12,566 bases of DNA from contig JBFMGK010000047.1 of the NCBI GenBank assembly GCA_040752575.1, forward strand, positions 1-12,566, written 5' to 3'. This DNA is from Candidatus Bipolaricaulota bacterium. GTDB taxonomy: Bacteria > Bipolaricaulota > Bipolaricaulia > UBA7950 > UBA9294. Below the pieces are notes generated by a model. It was not told the origin of the DNA. It saw nothing but the letters and a program-made list of their open reading frames with translations, and searched no databases. Shown here one piece after another: positions 1-7,847 of the stretch (position 1 is its first letter; each line of letters starts with the position of its first letter). A program made the position numbers and the translations under genes.

Positions 1-2
1 CC

Positions 3-2675
3 GACGCCGTCGTCGCGACGCGTCACATGATCGGCCTTCGGCGCGACAACCTCTGGATCGACGTTGCGGCATTTCGGGCCGGGCTGTCTCCCTGCCGAAC
101 GCACGACCATGCGCCGAACGAGCTGTGCGAACCCGGAGCCGCCACGCTACGGGAAGCGGTCGAAGTGGTCAGCTCGGGCTTCCTCGCGGGCTTCGTCGTC
201 GACGACAGCCGCGCGTTCGAAGAGTGGCAGTTCGCGGAAGCCGACGCCCTCAATCAGGAGCTTACCTCGGCCCTCCAGCTTCTCGGCGAACACGCAGAGC
301 GAATTGGCGACCTCGAACAGGCGTTGGCGTTCGCCCAGCGCCAGCTTGCCGTGGATCCTCTGCACGAACCGACCGTGCGCCGCGTGATGACGCTCTCGGT
401 GGAGTGCGGCGATCGCAGCACGGCGCTCAAGGCCTTCGACGCCTGCAGCGCCGCCTTTGAGAGGGATCTTGCGATCTCTCCCAGCGAGGAGACGGTTGCC
501 CTCGCCGAGACGATCCGCACGCGCGCCCCACTCGCCCGGCGACAACCGGCGAGAGGGCGTCCCCTTCCGCCCCTGCCGTCACCGCGGACGCCTCTGGTCG
601 GCCGACAGGATGAGGTTCGGGAGATCTGCGATCTGCTCTCCCAGCAGGAGTGTCGGCTCCTGACGGTTACCGGAACCGGAGGCTCGGGAAAGACGCGCCT
701 CGCAATCGAGGCGGCCCGGCGTTCGGCCGACGCCTTCCCCGATGGGGTCGTCTTCGTATCGTTCGCCGCCACCGACGCGCCTGCCCTCGCGCCGGCCGCC
801 GTCGCTGAAGCGTTGGGCGAAGCGCACGGCCGCGAGGCCGAAGACCTTGGAGCGCGTCTCGACCGCCGCGAGATCCTTCTCGTCCTCGACAACCTGGAGC
901 ACCTGCTGCGCGACCTCCGCTGGCTCGAACGGCTCCTCGCCGAGACGACCGGCCCGCGCTTTCTGGCGACGTCCCGACAGGAGCTAGACGTCGAGGACGA
1001 GTGGTTGTTCCCGCTGCGCGGCCTCGACGTCCCGGGAGAAGGGCTCTCTCCGGCCGAAGTGGCCCAATGCGGCGCGGTGCAGCTCTTTCTTCAAGCCGCC
1101 CGGCGAGCCAACGCGCGCTTTGCTCCGACGGAGCGTGACCTCGAGGCCACGGCGTCCATCGCGCGGGCGCTTCAGGGCAACCCCCTCGCGCTCGAGCTAG
1201 CTGGCGCGTGGGTACGTTCGTCGACGTGCGGCGACATCGCTGAGCAAATCTCGCGCAGTCTCGACTTCCTGCGCAGCGAGCAAGCCTGGCTGCCTCGCCG
1301 CCATCGCAGCCTCCGCGCCGCCTTCGAGGGATCGTGGTCGCTGCTCGATCGCGACGGCCGCCGCACCTTCCGAGCGCTCTCTGTATTCCGCGGCGGTTTC
1401 ACGCCCGAAGCCGCGGCGCTCGTCGCGAATGCCCCGCGAGCCTCGCTCGCATCGCTGGTCGCACGATCTCTCCTCCAGCGGGAGGCCGATGGACGCTATC
1501 AGATGCTCGAGGTCGTGCGGCAGTACGCGGCAGAACGGCTGCACGCGATGCCCGACGATGAGACGAAGGTTCTCGACGCCCACGCCGACTACTTCCTCGC
1601 ACTCCTCGCGGGCCAGGAACCTCGGCTCAAGTGTGCCGAGCAGCGCGATGCCGTCTTGATCCTCTCGGCCGAGATCCCGAATCTCACCGCCGCGTGGCTG
1701 CGTGCGTGCGCTTCGAGACCCTGCTCCGAGCTCTCCTCGGCCGCCATGGGGCTATTCCTGTTCTTTGACATGACGTCGCGCATGACCGAAGGAGCTGAGC
1801 TGTTCAGCCGCGCGGTTGACGCCGCGGCCGTCGAGCCCGATTTGGCCTGCCGCAGCGTTCTGCGGGGGTTCCACGCCTGGTTCACCGCCTTCCTCGACCC
1901 CAAGCGGGGCGCGGAGCTCTTCCGAGAGAGTCTCGCTCTCGCCGCGCCGCTCTCGCTCGATCGCGGCCTCGCGTTCATCCGAGTTCTCGCGGCGTACTCC
2001 CGCGGGCGATGCCCGCTGACCGAGACGCCGGACCTCCGCGAAGCGCTCAGCTGGTTCGAGCGCGCCGGACTCGTCTGGGAAGCGGGTGCAGCGTGCGATG
2101 CTCTGGCCGCCGGGAGGCCCGCGGAGCCGGAGTCGCTTGAACTGGCAGCGCGCGGCATCGCGCTGAAGGAGTCGATCGGCGATCACTGGGGCGTCGCCCT
2201 CGGCCGCCACTCGAAGGCCGTGATTCTTGCGGCGAAGGGCGATCGGGCGGCGGCGCGCGCCGAGATCCAAGCGAGCGCAGAACTGAGAAAGCACCTAGGG
2301 CTCGACCCCCAAGGGCAGATGAATTGCCAGGCCTATCTGGGGAGGCTCGCGCTCGACGCCGACGAGCCTGCCGTCGCCGTTGGGCACTTCGAGCAGGCAC
2401 TCGCCATCGCCCAGCGCCTTCGCGCGCCAGCCGACGAAGCGTCAGCGCAAGCGTGCCTCGCCCGCTGTCGACGTGCCCTCGGAGACCACGCAGACGCCGA
2501 ACGTCTCGCGCGAGCGGCCATCGCGCAATACGAAGCCCTGCACCGCGTCGACGAAGCTCTCGCCGCGCGCCGCTGGCTGGAAGAGGTTCACAGCACGTCG
2601 TCAGAACCCGCGCCCAAGAAGGCCGCCCGACGCCCCGCCCCGCGGAACCGGCAAGCGAAGGAGGACCCCAAATGA
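3..2675 (+). CDS. SARP/AfsR-family transcriptional regulator (BTAD + NB-ARC/STAND ATPase + TPR repeats), 5'-truncated by the window edge
   Basis: The frame is open from the window edge (DAVVATRHMIGLRRDNLWIDVAAF), so the ATG at 27 is probably internal and the N-terminal winged-helix lies upstream. BTAD motifs: W-I-D-V-A-A-F, FLAGF...FEEWQ, DPLHE. Walker A GTGGSGKT (672-695), Walker B LLVLDNLEHL, LATSR, GNPLALELAG, RHRSLRAAFEGSW, LSVFRGGF, RYQMLEVVRQYA. Ala-rich TPR-like C-terminus. Confidence 0.93.
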   Translation, partial: DAVVATRHMIGLRRDNLWIDVAAFRAGLSPCRTHDHAPNELCEPGAATLREAVEVVSSGFLAGFVVDDSRAFEEWQFAEADALNQELTSALQLLGEHAERIGDLEQALAFAQRQLAVDPLHEPTVRRVMTLSVECGDRSTALKAFDACSAAFERDLAISPSEETVALAETIRTRAPLARRQPARGRPLPPLPSPRTPLVGRQDEVREICDLLSQQECRLLTVTGTGGSGKTRLAIEAARRSADAFPDGVVFVSFAATDAPALAPAAVAEALGEAHGREAEDLGARLDRREILLVLDNLEHLLRDLRWLERLLAETTGPRFLATSRQELDVEDEWLFPLRGLDVPGEGLSPAEVAQCGAVQLFLQAARRANARFAPTERDLEATASIARALQGNPLALELAGAWVRSSTCGDIAEQISRSLDFLRSEQAWLPRRHRSLRAAFEGSWSLLDRDGRRTFRALSVFRGGFTPEAAALVANAPRASLASLVARSLLQREADGRYQMLEVVRQYAAERLHAMPDDETKVLDAHADYFLALLAGQEPRLKCAEQRDAVLILSAEIPNLTAAWLRACASRPCSELSSAAMGLFLFFDMTSRMTEGAELFSRAVDAAAVEPDLACRSVLRGFHAWFTAFLDPKRGAELFRESLALAAPLSLDRGLAFIRVLAAYSRGRCPLTETPDLREALSWFERAGLVWEAGAACDALAAGRPAEPESLELAARGIALKESIGDHWGVALGRHSKAVILAAKGDRAAARAEIQASAELRKHLGLDPQGQMNCQAYLGRLALDADEPAVAVGHFEQALAIAQRLRAPADEASAQACLARCRRALGDHADAERLARAAIAQYEALHRVDEALAARRWLEEVHSTSSEPAPKKAARRPAPRNRQAKEDPK
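2658..2664 (+). promoter_or_regulatory. Shine-Dalgarno site (AAGGAGG) for the dehydrogenase
   Basis: AAGGAGG lies 7 nt upstream of ATG 2672, which overlaps the regulator stop codon (ATGA, 2672-2675). Confidence 0.85.
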
Positions 2676-3817
2676 ACGTCGTTGTGCTCGGAGCCGGCCG
2701 CGTCGGCGCGGTCATGGCCGCCGACCTCGCCGCCGAGTCGCGCTTTCGGGTGTGCGCCGTCGATCGCGACCCCACGAGGCTCGCCGCGGCTGCACGCTGT
2801 GGCGTCGCCACCAAGGTCGCCGACCTCGCGGACGCGAAGGCGGTACGTGCCGCGACGCAGGATGCGGATTTCGTTGTGAGCGCGGTCCCGGGGTTCCTCG
2901 GCTTCGCCACGCTTCGAACCCTGCTGGAGGCCGGCCATCGCGTCGTCGACATTGCCTTTTTCCCCGAAGACCCCTTCTCGCTGGATGCCCTCGCAACGTC
3001 GCGCGGCGCCCTGGCCGTCATCGATTGCGGGGTCGCACCGGGGATGAGCAATGTCCTCGTCGCCCGCGCCGCGGCGAGGCTCCGCAGTGTCCATCGGGTT
3101 CGTATCTACGTCGGCGGCCTGCCGACGATCCGTCGCTGGCCCTACGAGTACAAGGCCGGGTTCTCGCCGATCGACGTCGTCGAGGAATACACACGGCCGG
3201 CGCGCGTCGTCCGCCAGGGCCGCATCGAGATCCTCCCCGCGCTCTCGGAAGTCGAGTCCCTCGACTTTCCCGGGATCGGAACGCTCGAGGCCTTCGTGAC
3301 CGACGGTCTGCGAACGCTCATCCGGACAATACCCGCACCGGATATGGTGGAGAAGACGCTGCGCTATCCAGGCCACGCAGATCGGATCCGCACGCTGCGC
3401 GAGACCGGGTTTTTCTCCGACATCCCAGTTCAGGTTGGCGACGTCCGCGTGCGCCCCATCGATCTCGCCACGAAACTCCTCTTCCCTCTGTGGCAGATGG
3501 AGGAGGGCGACGAGGACGTCACCGTGATGCGCGTCGTCGTCGAGGGAGAATCGCCCGACGGCCCGCAAAGGATTCAGACGGACCTGTTCGACCGATTCGA
3601 TCGCTCCACGGGAACCTCCGCGATGGCGCGGACGACGGGATTCGCGGCGACAAGCGCCATCCGACTGCTGGCTTCGGGTGCCGTCGACGGGCCGGGCCTG
3701 CTTCCCCCCGAGGCGTTGGGCCGCCGGGAGGATTGGGTCACGCGCCTCCTCGCCGACCTGCGGGATCGCGGCATCGAGTATCGGGAGACGGTCGGGCCGC
3801 TCGCCTGCGGTTCGTAA
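2672..3817 (+). CDS. Saccharopine dehydrogenase family protein, lysine 6-dehydrogenase-like (381 aa)
   Basis: Start reassigned from 2324 to ATG 2672 on the basis of the RBS and ATGA overlap. Rossmann motif VVVLGAGRVG at the N-terminus. Family motifs CGVAPGMSN, YVGGLP, FSPIDVVEEYTRPAR, LEAFVTDGLRTL, EKTLRYPGH, SAMARTTGF. Confidence 0.92.
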   Translation: MNVVVLGAGRVGAVMAADLAAESRFRVCAVDRDPTRLAAAARCGVATKVADLADAKAVRAATQDADFVVSAVPGFLGFATLRTLLEAGHRVVDIAFFPEDPFSLDALATSRGALAVIDCGVAPGMSNVLVARAAARLRSVHRVRIYVGGLPTIRRWPYEYKAGFSPIDVVEEYTRPARVVRQGRIEILPALSEVESLDFPGIGTLEAFVTDGLRTLIRTIPAPDMVEKTLRYPGHADRIRTLRETGFFSDIPVQVGDVRVRPIDLATKLLFPLWQMEEGDEDVTVMRVVVEGESPDGPQRIQTDLFDRFDRSTGTSAMARTTGFAATSAIRLLASGAVDGPGLLPPEALGRREDWVTRLLADLRDRGIEYRETVGPLACGS

Positions 3818-3830
3818 CGGCGGCGAGCGG

Positions 3831-3859
3831 TTGACCGCGCCACGTCGCCTTGCGAAGAT
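3831..3859 (+). promoter_or_regulatory. Possible sigma70-type promoter for the peptidase gene
   Basis: TTGACC (3831-3836), a 17-bp spacer, then GAAGAT (3854-3859) preceded by TGn. The -10 matches TATAAT at only 3/6. Confidence 0.35.
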
Positions 3860-3933
3860 GGGCGCAGTCGCCGTCTACGCCGCCGCAGTCGGGGCGCGGC
3901 GGTCCACTCAACGTCCAGAAGAAGGGAGACGGG

Positions 3934-6741
3934 ATGGTTACCCGCTGCGCCGCACTGGTTGCCGTGATCCTGAGTCTCATGGCCGCGGGAGCCGCAGCCG
4001 CCGACGCCCTGGGGACGTCGACCGCGTACGCGATCTCGGTGCGCCTTGACCCGAGGACCAACACGCTCTCAGGGACCGAACGCGTCGAGGTGGCAAACGA
4101 CACCGGACAACCTCTGCGAGAGGTCCTCTTCTGTCTCCTCGCCAACCTTGGCGCCGAGCCGAATCCCTACGTGGCCCGCTCGCTCGAGGACGCGGCCTAT
4201 GTCCGCGGGTTCGACCCCACCTGGACGAAGATCCGCTCTGTGGCGGACTCCGCGGGACAGGCGCTTGCCTTTCGCCTCGCAGCGGCACCTCCGACACTCC
4301 AGACCTACTCGCTGCGGGAAGGGATCCTCGCCATTGAGCTGGCATCGCCCCTGCCCGTCGGGGCGCGCACGACCCTCGTCGTCGAGTTCGAGACGAAGTT
4401 CGCGCGCGCTCTGCGTCCCGACATGGCGGTCGTCGACGGCGTCTACATCTGGCGTTTCGGCTGGCATCCGATCGTCGTTTCCTCCGCGTCGTCCGGGCAG
4501 TTCGCGTTGCCTGCCGCCCGCTACGAAGTCGAGCTTCGGGTCCCCGCGGGATACCGTGCCTTCTGCGGCGCCGATCGCCAAGCGCTTGTCGCTTCGGTCG
4601 ACGGATGGACGAGCGTGGTGGCGGCGAGCGACCGCCCCGTTCGCTCGATCCCGATTGTGGTGGGAAAGGATCTCGCTTCCCTCTCGATCGCCGTCGGCGA
4701 ACTGGAGCTGGAAGCCGTCTACCCCACGGGGGGCGAATCGGCTGCGCGATTTGCTCTGTTGACCGCGGAACGCGTCTTGTCGCTGTACCGAGCCCGATTC
4801 GGCGATGTGATCCCGGGTCGTGTCCTGCTGGTCACCGATCCAGCCCCCGGTCTCTACGGGCTTGCGGCGGACGGCATGGTCCTCTGGGGCGTCGATGTCG
4901 CGCGCATGCGGGACGTTCCTGTCTCCGGGACGTGCGACCGCCTTGTCGAGTACCTCCTCGCGCACGAGCTTGCCCACCTGATCTGGGGTATCGGCGCCGG
5001 AGCCGACTTCAACGCCGAGAACTGGATCTCCGAGGGTCTCGCCGAATACACGGCCGTCTCAACCTTCGAGAACCTTTACGGAGCCTTGGTCCCGAACGTG
5101 TTCTCGCACCTCGGCGCAGGAGTTCTCGAGGGCCTGGTGCGAGAACTTGTCGGCCCGTTCAACCTGCGGCGCGACGTGGAGGAGTATCCCTACATCGACC
5201 TCCTGCGGGCCGGGTACGACGAGGGGATCGTCAAGCCCCTTCAGGACGTCGAGTACCTCAACGGACTCACGGTCCGGACCTACAAGAAGGGGTACCTGGT
5301 GCTGCGTGCCCTCGAGAGCCTGGTCGGAAGCGAGACGATGACTCAGGTTCTCGCGTCGGCGGCGCAGAACTACGCCGGGCGCACGCTCAGCGTGAGCGCA
5401 CTCGAGGGCATGTTCGCCGCCGCCGCGGGTCCGACGCTGCCCGAATCGTTCTTCGACGACTGGGTGTTCGGTGATGCCGTAGCCGGCGTCGCGGTCGATG
5501 GCCTCGACGTGCAACGTCGTGGCGACGCGTACGCGGTCGCGCTCTCGTTGCGTGCCGAAGGCGCCACGCTTCCGGTGACTCTCGAAGCCGCCTTGTCGGA
5601 TGGATCCGCCGTGCGGGTGATCTGGACCCCGTTGACAGCCCGTCAGACGCTCACGCTCGAGACGAACCTGCCTGTCGTTCGCGTCACGCTCGATCCCGAC
5701 GAGATGCTTCTCGACAGCAATCGCTACAACAACCACTGGCCTCGCCGCCTCGTCGTCGATCACCCGTTCCGGGACGCCGATCTACCTCCGGTCGGTCGTC
5801 CGCTGGATGCCTACGCCATCGACATCTCCGTGGCCGGGATTTCCGGCGGCTTCCGCCGCGACCACGCGTGGGCGGTGGCCGTCGTCCCCGCCCCGGCATT
5901 CGACGATGTCTCAGAAGGGACTGGTCCGCTGCTCGCGTGGAACGCCATCGCCGCGTGGAACGCATCGTTCGGGCGGGATCTCTCTGCGTCGTTCCTCGCG
6001 TCGCTTGCGTCCGTCGGTCTCGGGGCAGAGCGAGAGGCTTCTGCGACGCTCGATACCTCCCTCGCGCTCGACGCGACGTTCTTCACGCATCCGGAAACGG
6101 GAACGCCCGGGACGTTCTGGGCGCCGACACACCGCCTCGAACTGGTCTTCGGGGCCGTGGGGCCGCTACCCGATGTCGTGCCATATGTCCAGACCATCTA
6201 TCGGCTCGACGGAGCTCCAGCGACGACGTTCGCGGCGGCGGCGAGCGTCACGTGCGGGATCCCGGGACTCGGGATCCCGCCGTTCGCCTCCCTGGACATC
6301 AGCGTAGGAGGCCGACTGCGTATCGCACCCCTTCTCTACCTCGACGCTGGGATCTCGGCGGGGACGGCGATCGTCGGCAGCCTGCCAGACGACTTTCGAC
6401 TGGCGGCGGACTCACTAAGCTCCTTCACGCCCGAACCTCGAGCCGATCAGCGCGTTGCCCTCGAGGTCGTCCTGACGCTGCCTCCGTGGGCCCGGCACGC
6501 GGGACGGCCGATCCTGGGCCTTGGCCATTTGGACGGCCTCTCGGCGTCGATCTTCGCGCGCGGCAGCCTGTTGCCCGTGGACGGCAGCAAGGCCTTGCTC
6601 GCCGAGGCCGGCCCGGCGCTCACTCTCAGCGTCTCGGGTCCCCTCGGCTTTTCCTTCCACTTGACGCTCGGCTATGTCGTCCCGCTCCTCGGAAATGGTG
6701 GCAGGCCGCGCTTCACGCTCACCTGGGGCCATCTTCCCTAG
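3934..6741 (+). CDS. Secreted M1-family (gluzincin) zinc metallopeptidase-like protein with a C-terminal Omp85/BamA-like beta-barrel region (935 aa)
   Basis: ATG 3934 follows AAGGGAG and begins a signal peptide (MVTRCAALVAVILSLMAAGAAAA). M1 N-terminal beta domain (YAISVRLDP...LSG). HELAH at 4963-4977 with E exactly 18 residues later (WISEGLAEY, E at 5032). Also YKKG.LVL.AL, FFDDW and LDPD...D.NRYNN. The C-terminal ~300 aa shows alternating hydrophobic beta-strand patterns. Confidence 0.88.
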   Translation: MVTRCAALVAVILSLMAAGAAAADALGTSTAYAISVRLDPRTNTLSGTERVEVANDTGQPLREVLFCLLANLGAEPNPYVARSLEDAAYVRGFDPTWTKIRSVADSAGQALAFRLAAAPPTLQTYSLREGILAIELASPLPVGARTTLVVEFETKFARALRPDMAVVDGVYIWRFGWHPIVVSSASSGQFALPAARYEVELRVPAGYRAFCGADRQALVASVDGWTSVVAASDRPVRSIPIVVGKDLASLSIAVGELELEAVYPTGGESAARFALLTAERVLSLYRARFGDVIPGRVLLVTDPAPGLYGLAADGMVLWGVDVARMRDVPVSGTCDRLVEYLLAHELAHLIWGIGAGADFNAENWISEGLAEYTAVSTFENLYGALVPNVFSHLGAGVLEGLVRELVGPFNLRRDVEEYPYIDLLRAGYDEGIVKPLQDVEYLNGLTVRTYKKGYLVLRALESLVGSETMTQVLASAAQNYAGRTLSVSALEGMFAAAAGPTLPESFFDDWVFGDAVAGVAVDGLDVQRRGDAYAVALSLRAEGATLPVTLEAALSDGSAVRVIWTPLTARQTLTLETNLPVVRVTLDPDEMLLDSNRYNNHWPRRLVVDHPFRDADLPPVGRPLDAYAIDISVAGISGGFRRDHAWAVAVVPAPAFDDVSEGTGPLLAWNAIAAWNASFGRDLSASFLASLASVGLGAEREASATLDTSLALDATFFTHPETGTPGTFWAPTHRLELVFGAVGPLPDVVPYVQTIYRLDGAPATTFAAAASVTCGIPGLGIPPFASLDISVGGRLRIAPLLYLDAGISAGTAIVGSLPDDFRLAADSLSSFTPEPRADQRVALEVVLTLPPWARHAGRPILGLGHLDGLSASIFARGSLLPVDGSKALLAEAGPALTLSVSGPLGFSFHLTLGYVVPLLGNGGRPRFTLTWGHLP

Positions 6742-6744
6742 GGG

Positions 6745-7455
6745 CTAGGCCGCGGCAACCTGAGACCGCCGTTCGGCTTCTTCCGCCGGGCGACGCAGGA
6801 CGTGAACCATCCGCGCGAGGGCAACGGCCAACAAGACAGCGAAGTGGCACATGATCGACGGCAGGGCGCCGCGCGCCGCCGGGACGAACCACGACGTCAC
6901 GATCGACGGCACGAGAAACGCCACGGTGCCAGCCAGGACATGGCCGAGGAGCGAGCGCCGGTGGAGGTCGCGGCACGTGAGGACGCCGTATCCGGCGAGA
7001 AGAACCATCGCCAGGAGCCCGACCCAGTAGAACAACGAGTAGGCCAGGAACCGCGGCATCGCGTGCGTGTACCTCGCGTAGACGGCCGAGCACACGGAGG
7101 CGGTCGCAAACGCGCGGTCAGCAAGGATCCAGACGGCGATTCCCGCGCCGATCGCGAGCATCGATCGGCCGACGGCAACCAGCGCCGTCGATCGAGGTCG
7201 ATGTAGCTGCGCGATCAGGACAAGTCCCAGCGGCGGCAGCCATGTCACGATGAGAAACGCCACCCGCGGCAAGAAGTCCGCCGCCTGAACGTCCGTGCAA
7301 ATGGCCACTTCGGCGATCTGGTACCCCGCGAGCAGAAGCAGAATCGCACTGGTCGTTCGCAGTACGGCCCGATCCCCGGGTCCGCGCAATGCCCAGACTG
7401 CCACCGTGACCTCAAACAACGCCGTCGCCACCGCCAGAATCGGTGAGTATTCCAT
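6745..7455 (-). CDS. Stand-alone 7-TM integral membrane protein resembling the N-terminal 7TM region of histidine kinases (236 aa)
   Basis: About seven hydrophobic segments, with YQIAEVAIC and WLPPLGL. RBS GGAGGGAAGG precedes the ATG. There is no cytoplasmic output domain. The family assignment is by resemblance only. Confidence 0.8.
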   Translation of the reverse strand: MEYSPILAVATALFEVTVAVWALRGPGDRAVLRTTSAILLLLAGYQIAEVAICTDVQAADFLPRVAFLIVTWLPPLGLVLIAQLHRPRSTALVAVGRSMLAIGAGIAVWILADRAFATASVCSAVYARYTHAMPRFLAYSLFYWVGLLAMVLLAGYGVLTCRDLHRRSLLGHVLAGTVAFLVPSIVTSWFVPAARGALPSIMCHFAVLLAVALARMVHVLRRPAEEAERRSQVAAA

Positions 7456-7479
7456 CGCCTTCCCTCCGCGAAGCGGACC

Positions 7480-7485
7480 AGTATA
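7480..7485 (-). promoter_or_regulatory. Putative -10 element (TATACT) for the 7TM gene
   Basis: Minus-strand TATACT (5/6 match) about 25 nt upstream of ATG 7455, in otherwise GC-rich DNA. No recognisable -35. Confidence 0.45.
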
Positions 7486-7507
7486 CGCCTTGTCGTGCTG
7501 GCGTGCG

Positions 7508-7573
7508 GCGCGCGTACGACCGGACCGGACTGCGGGATCGATCCCGCTCCCGGAGCAGTTTGGGTACGCGTGC
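7508..7573. repeat. 66-bp imperfect inverted repeat with a perfect 16-bp central palindrome
   Basis: GCGGGATCGATCCCGC (7532-7547) is its own reverse complement. Outer arms GCGCGCGTAC (7508-7517) and GTACGCGTGC (7564-7573) are 9/10 complementary about nearly the same axis. Confidence 0.8.
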
Positions 7574-7587
7574 GGGGCGTACGGGGC

Positions 7588-7617
7588 TTGACGTTCCTCC
7601 TTGTTGTTCTGTACTCT
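7588..7617 (+). promoter_or_regulatory. Sigma70-type promoter for the two-gene micro-operon
   Basis: TTGACG (7588-7593), an 18-bp T-rich spacer, then TACTCT (7612-7617). Perfect RBS TAAGGAGG downstream at 7661-7668. Confidence 0.65.
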
Positions 7618-7676
7618 GCTTGTCCTCTAGGTGGCCTGACGACGAGTACAGGCATGTTCTTAAGGAGGCCTTCGCG

Positions 7677-7847
7677 ATGCACAGCGGCAGCTTGGTGAAG
7701 GGGCTTCTCGTGGTGGTCGTTCGCGAGACCGCCTTAACGGCCAAGGTCATGGTCCTCGTCTTGTGGCACGCCATCCGCTACCCCGCCCAGGCGAGCGTTG
7801 TGGATCCCGAGCTGGGAACGGTGAGACTCCTCGATGACGACAACTAA
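7677..7847 (+). CDS. Small hypothetical protein (56 aa), hydrophobic N-half and acidic tail
   Basis: TAAGGAGG 8 nt before ATG 7677 (start reassigned from 7443). MHSGSLVKGLLVVVVRETALTAKVMVLVLWHAIRYPAQASVVDPELGTVRLLDDDN. Codon third positions are mostly G/C. Confidence 0.75.
   Translation: MHSGSLVKGLLVVVVRETALTAKVMVLVLWHAIRYPAQASVVDPELGTVRLLDDDN

Noticed and set aside
2324..2671. 116-aa N-terminal extension of the dehydrogenase ORF
   Set aside because: It lies wholly inside the regulator gene and is Arg/Pro-rich off-frame sequence. The Rossmann motif, RBS and ATGA overlap all point to ATG 2672.
2047..3834. Long alternative-frame and antisense ORFs (2380-3834 +, 2047-3051 -, 2588-3568 -) and similar ones elsewhere (e.g. 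4069-4977, 5868-6854, 7994-8890, 11673-12476)
   Set aside because: Shadow ORFs expected in high-GC DNA. They overlap well-supported genes and carry no recognisable motifs.
3850..3933. Upstream start for the peptidase at 3850
   Set aside because: It adds a hydrophilic leader ahead of an otherwise canonical signal peptide, and ATG 3934 has the purine-rich RBS.
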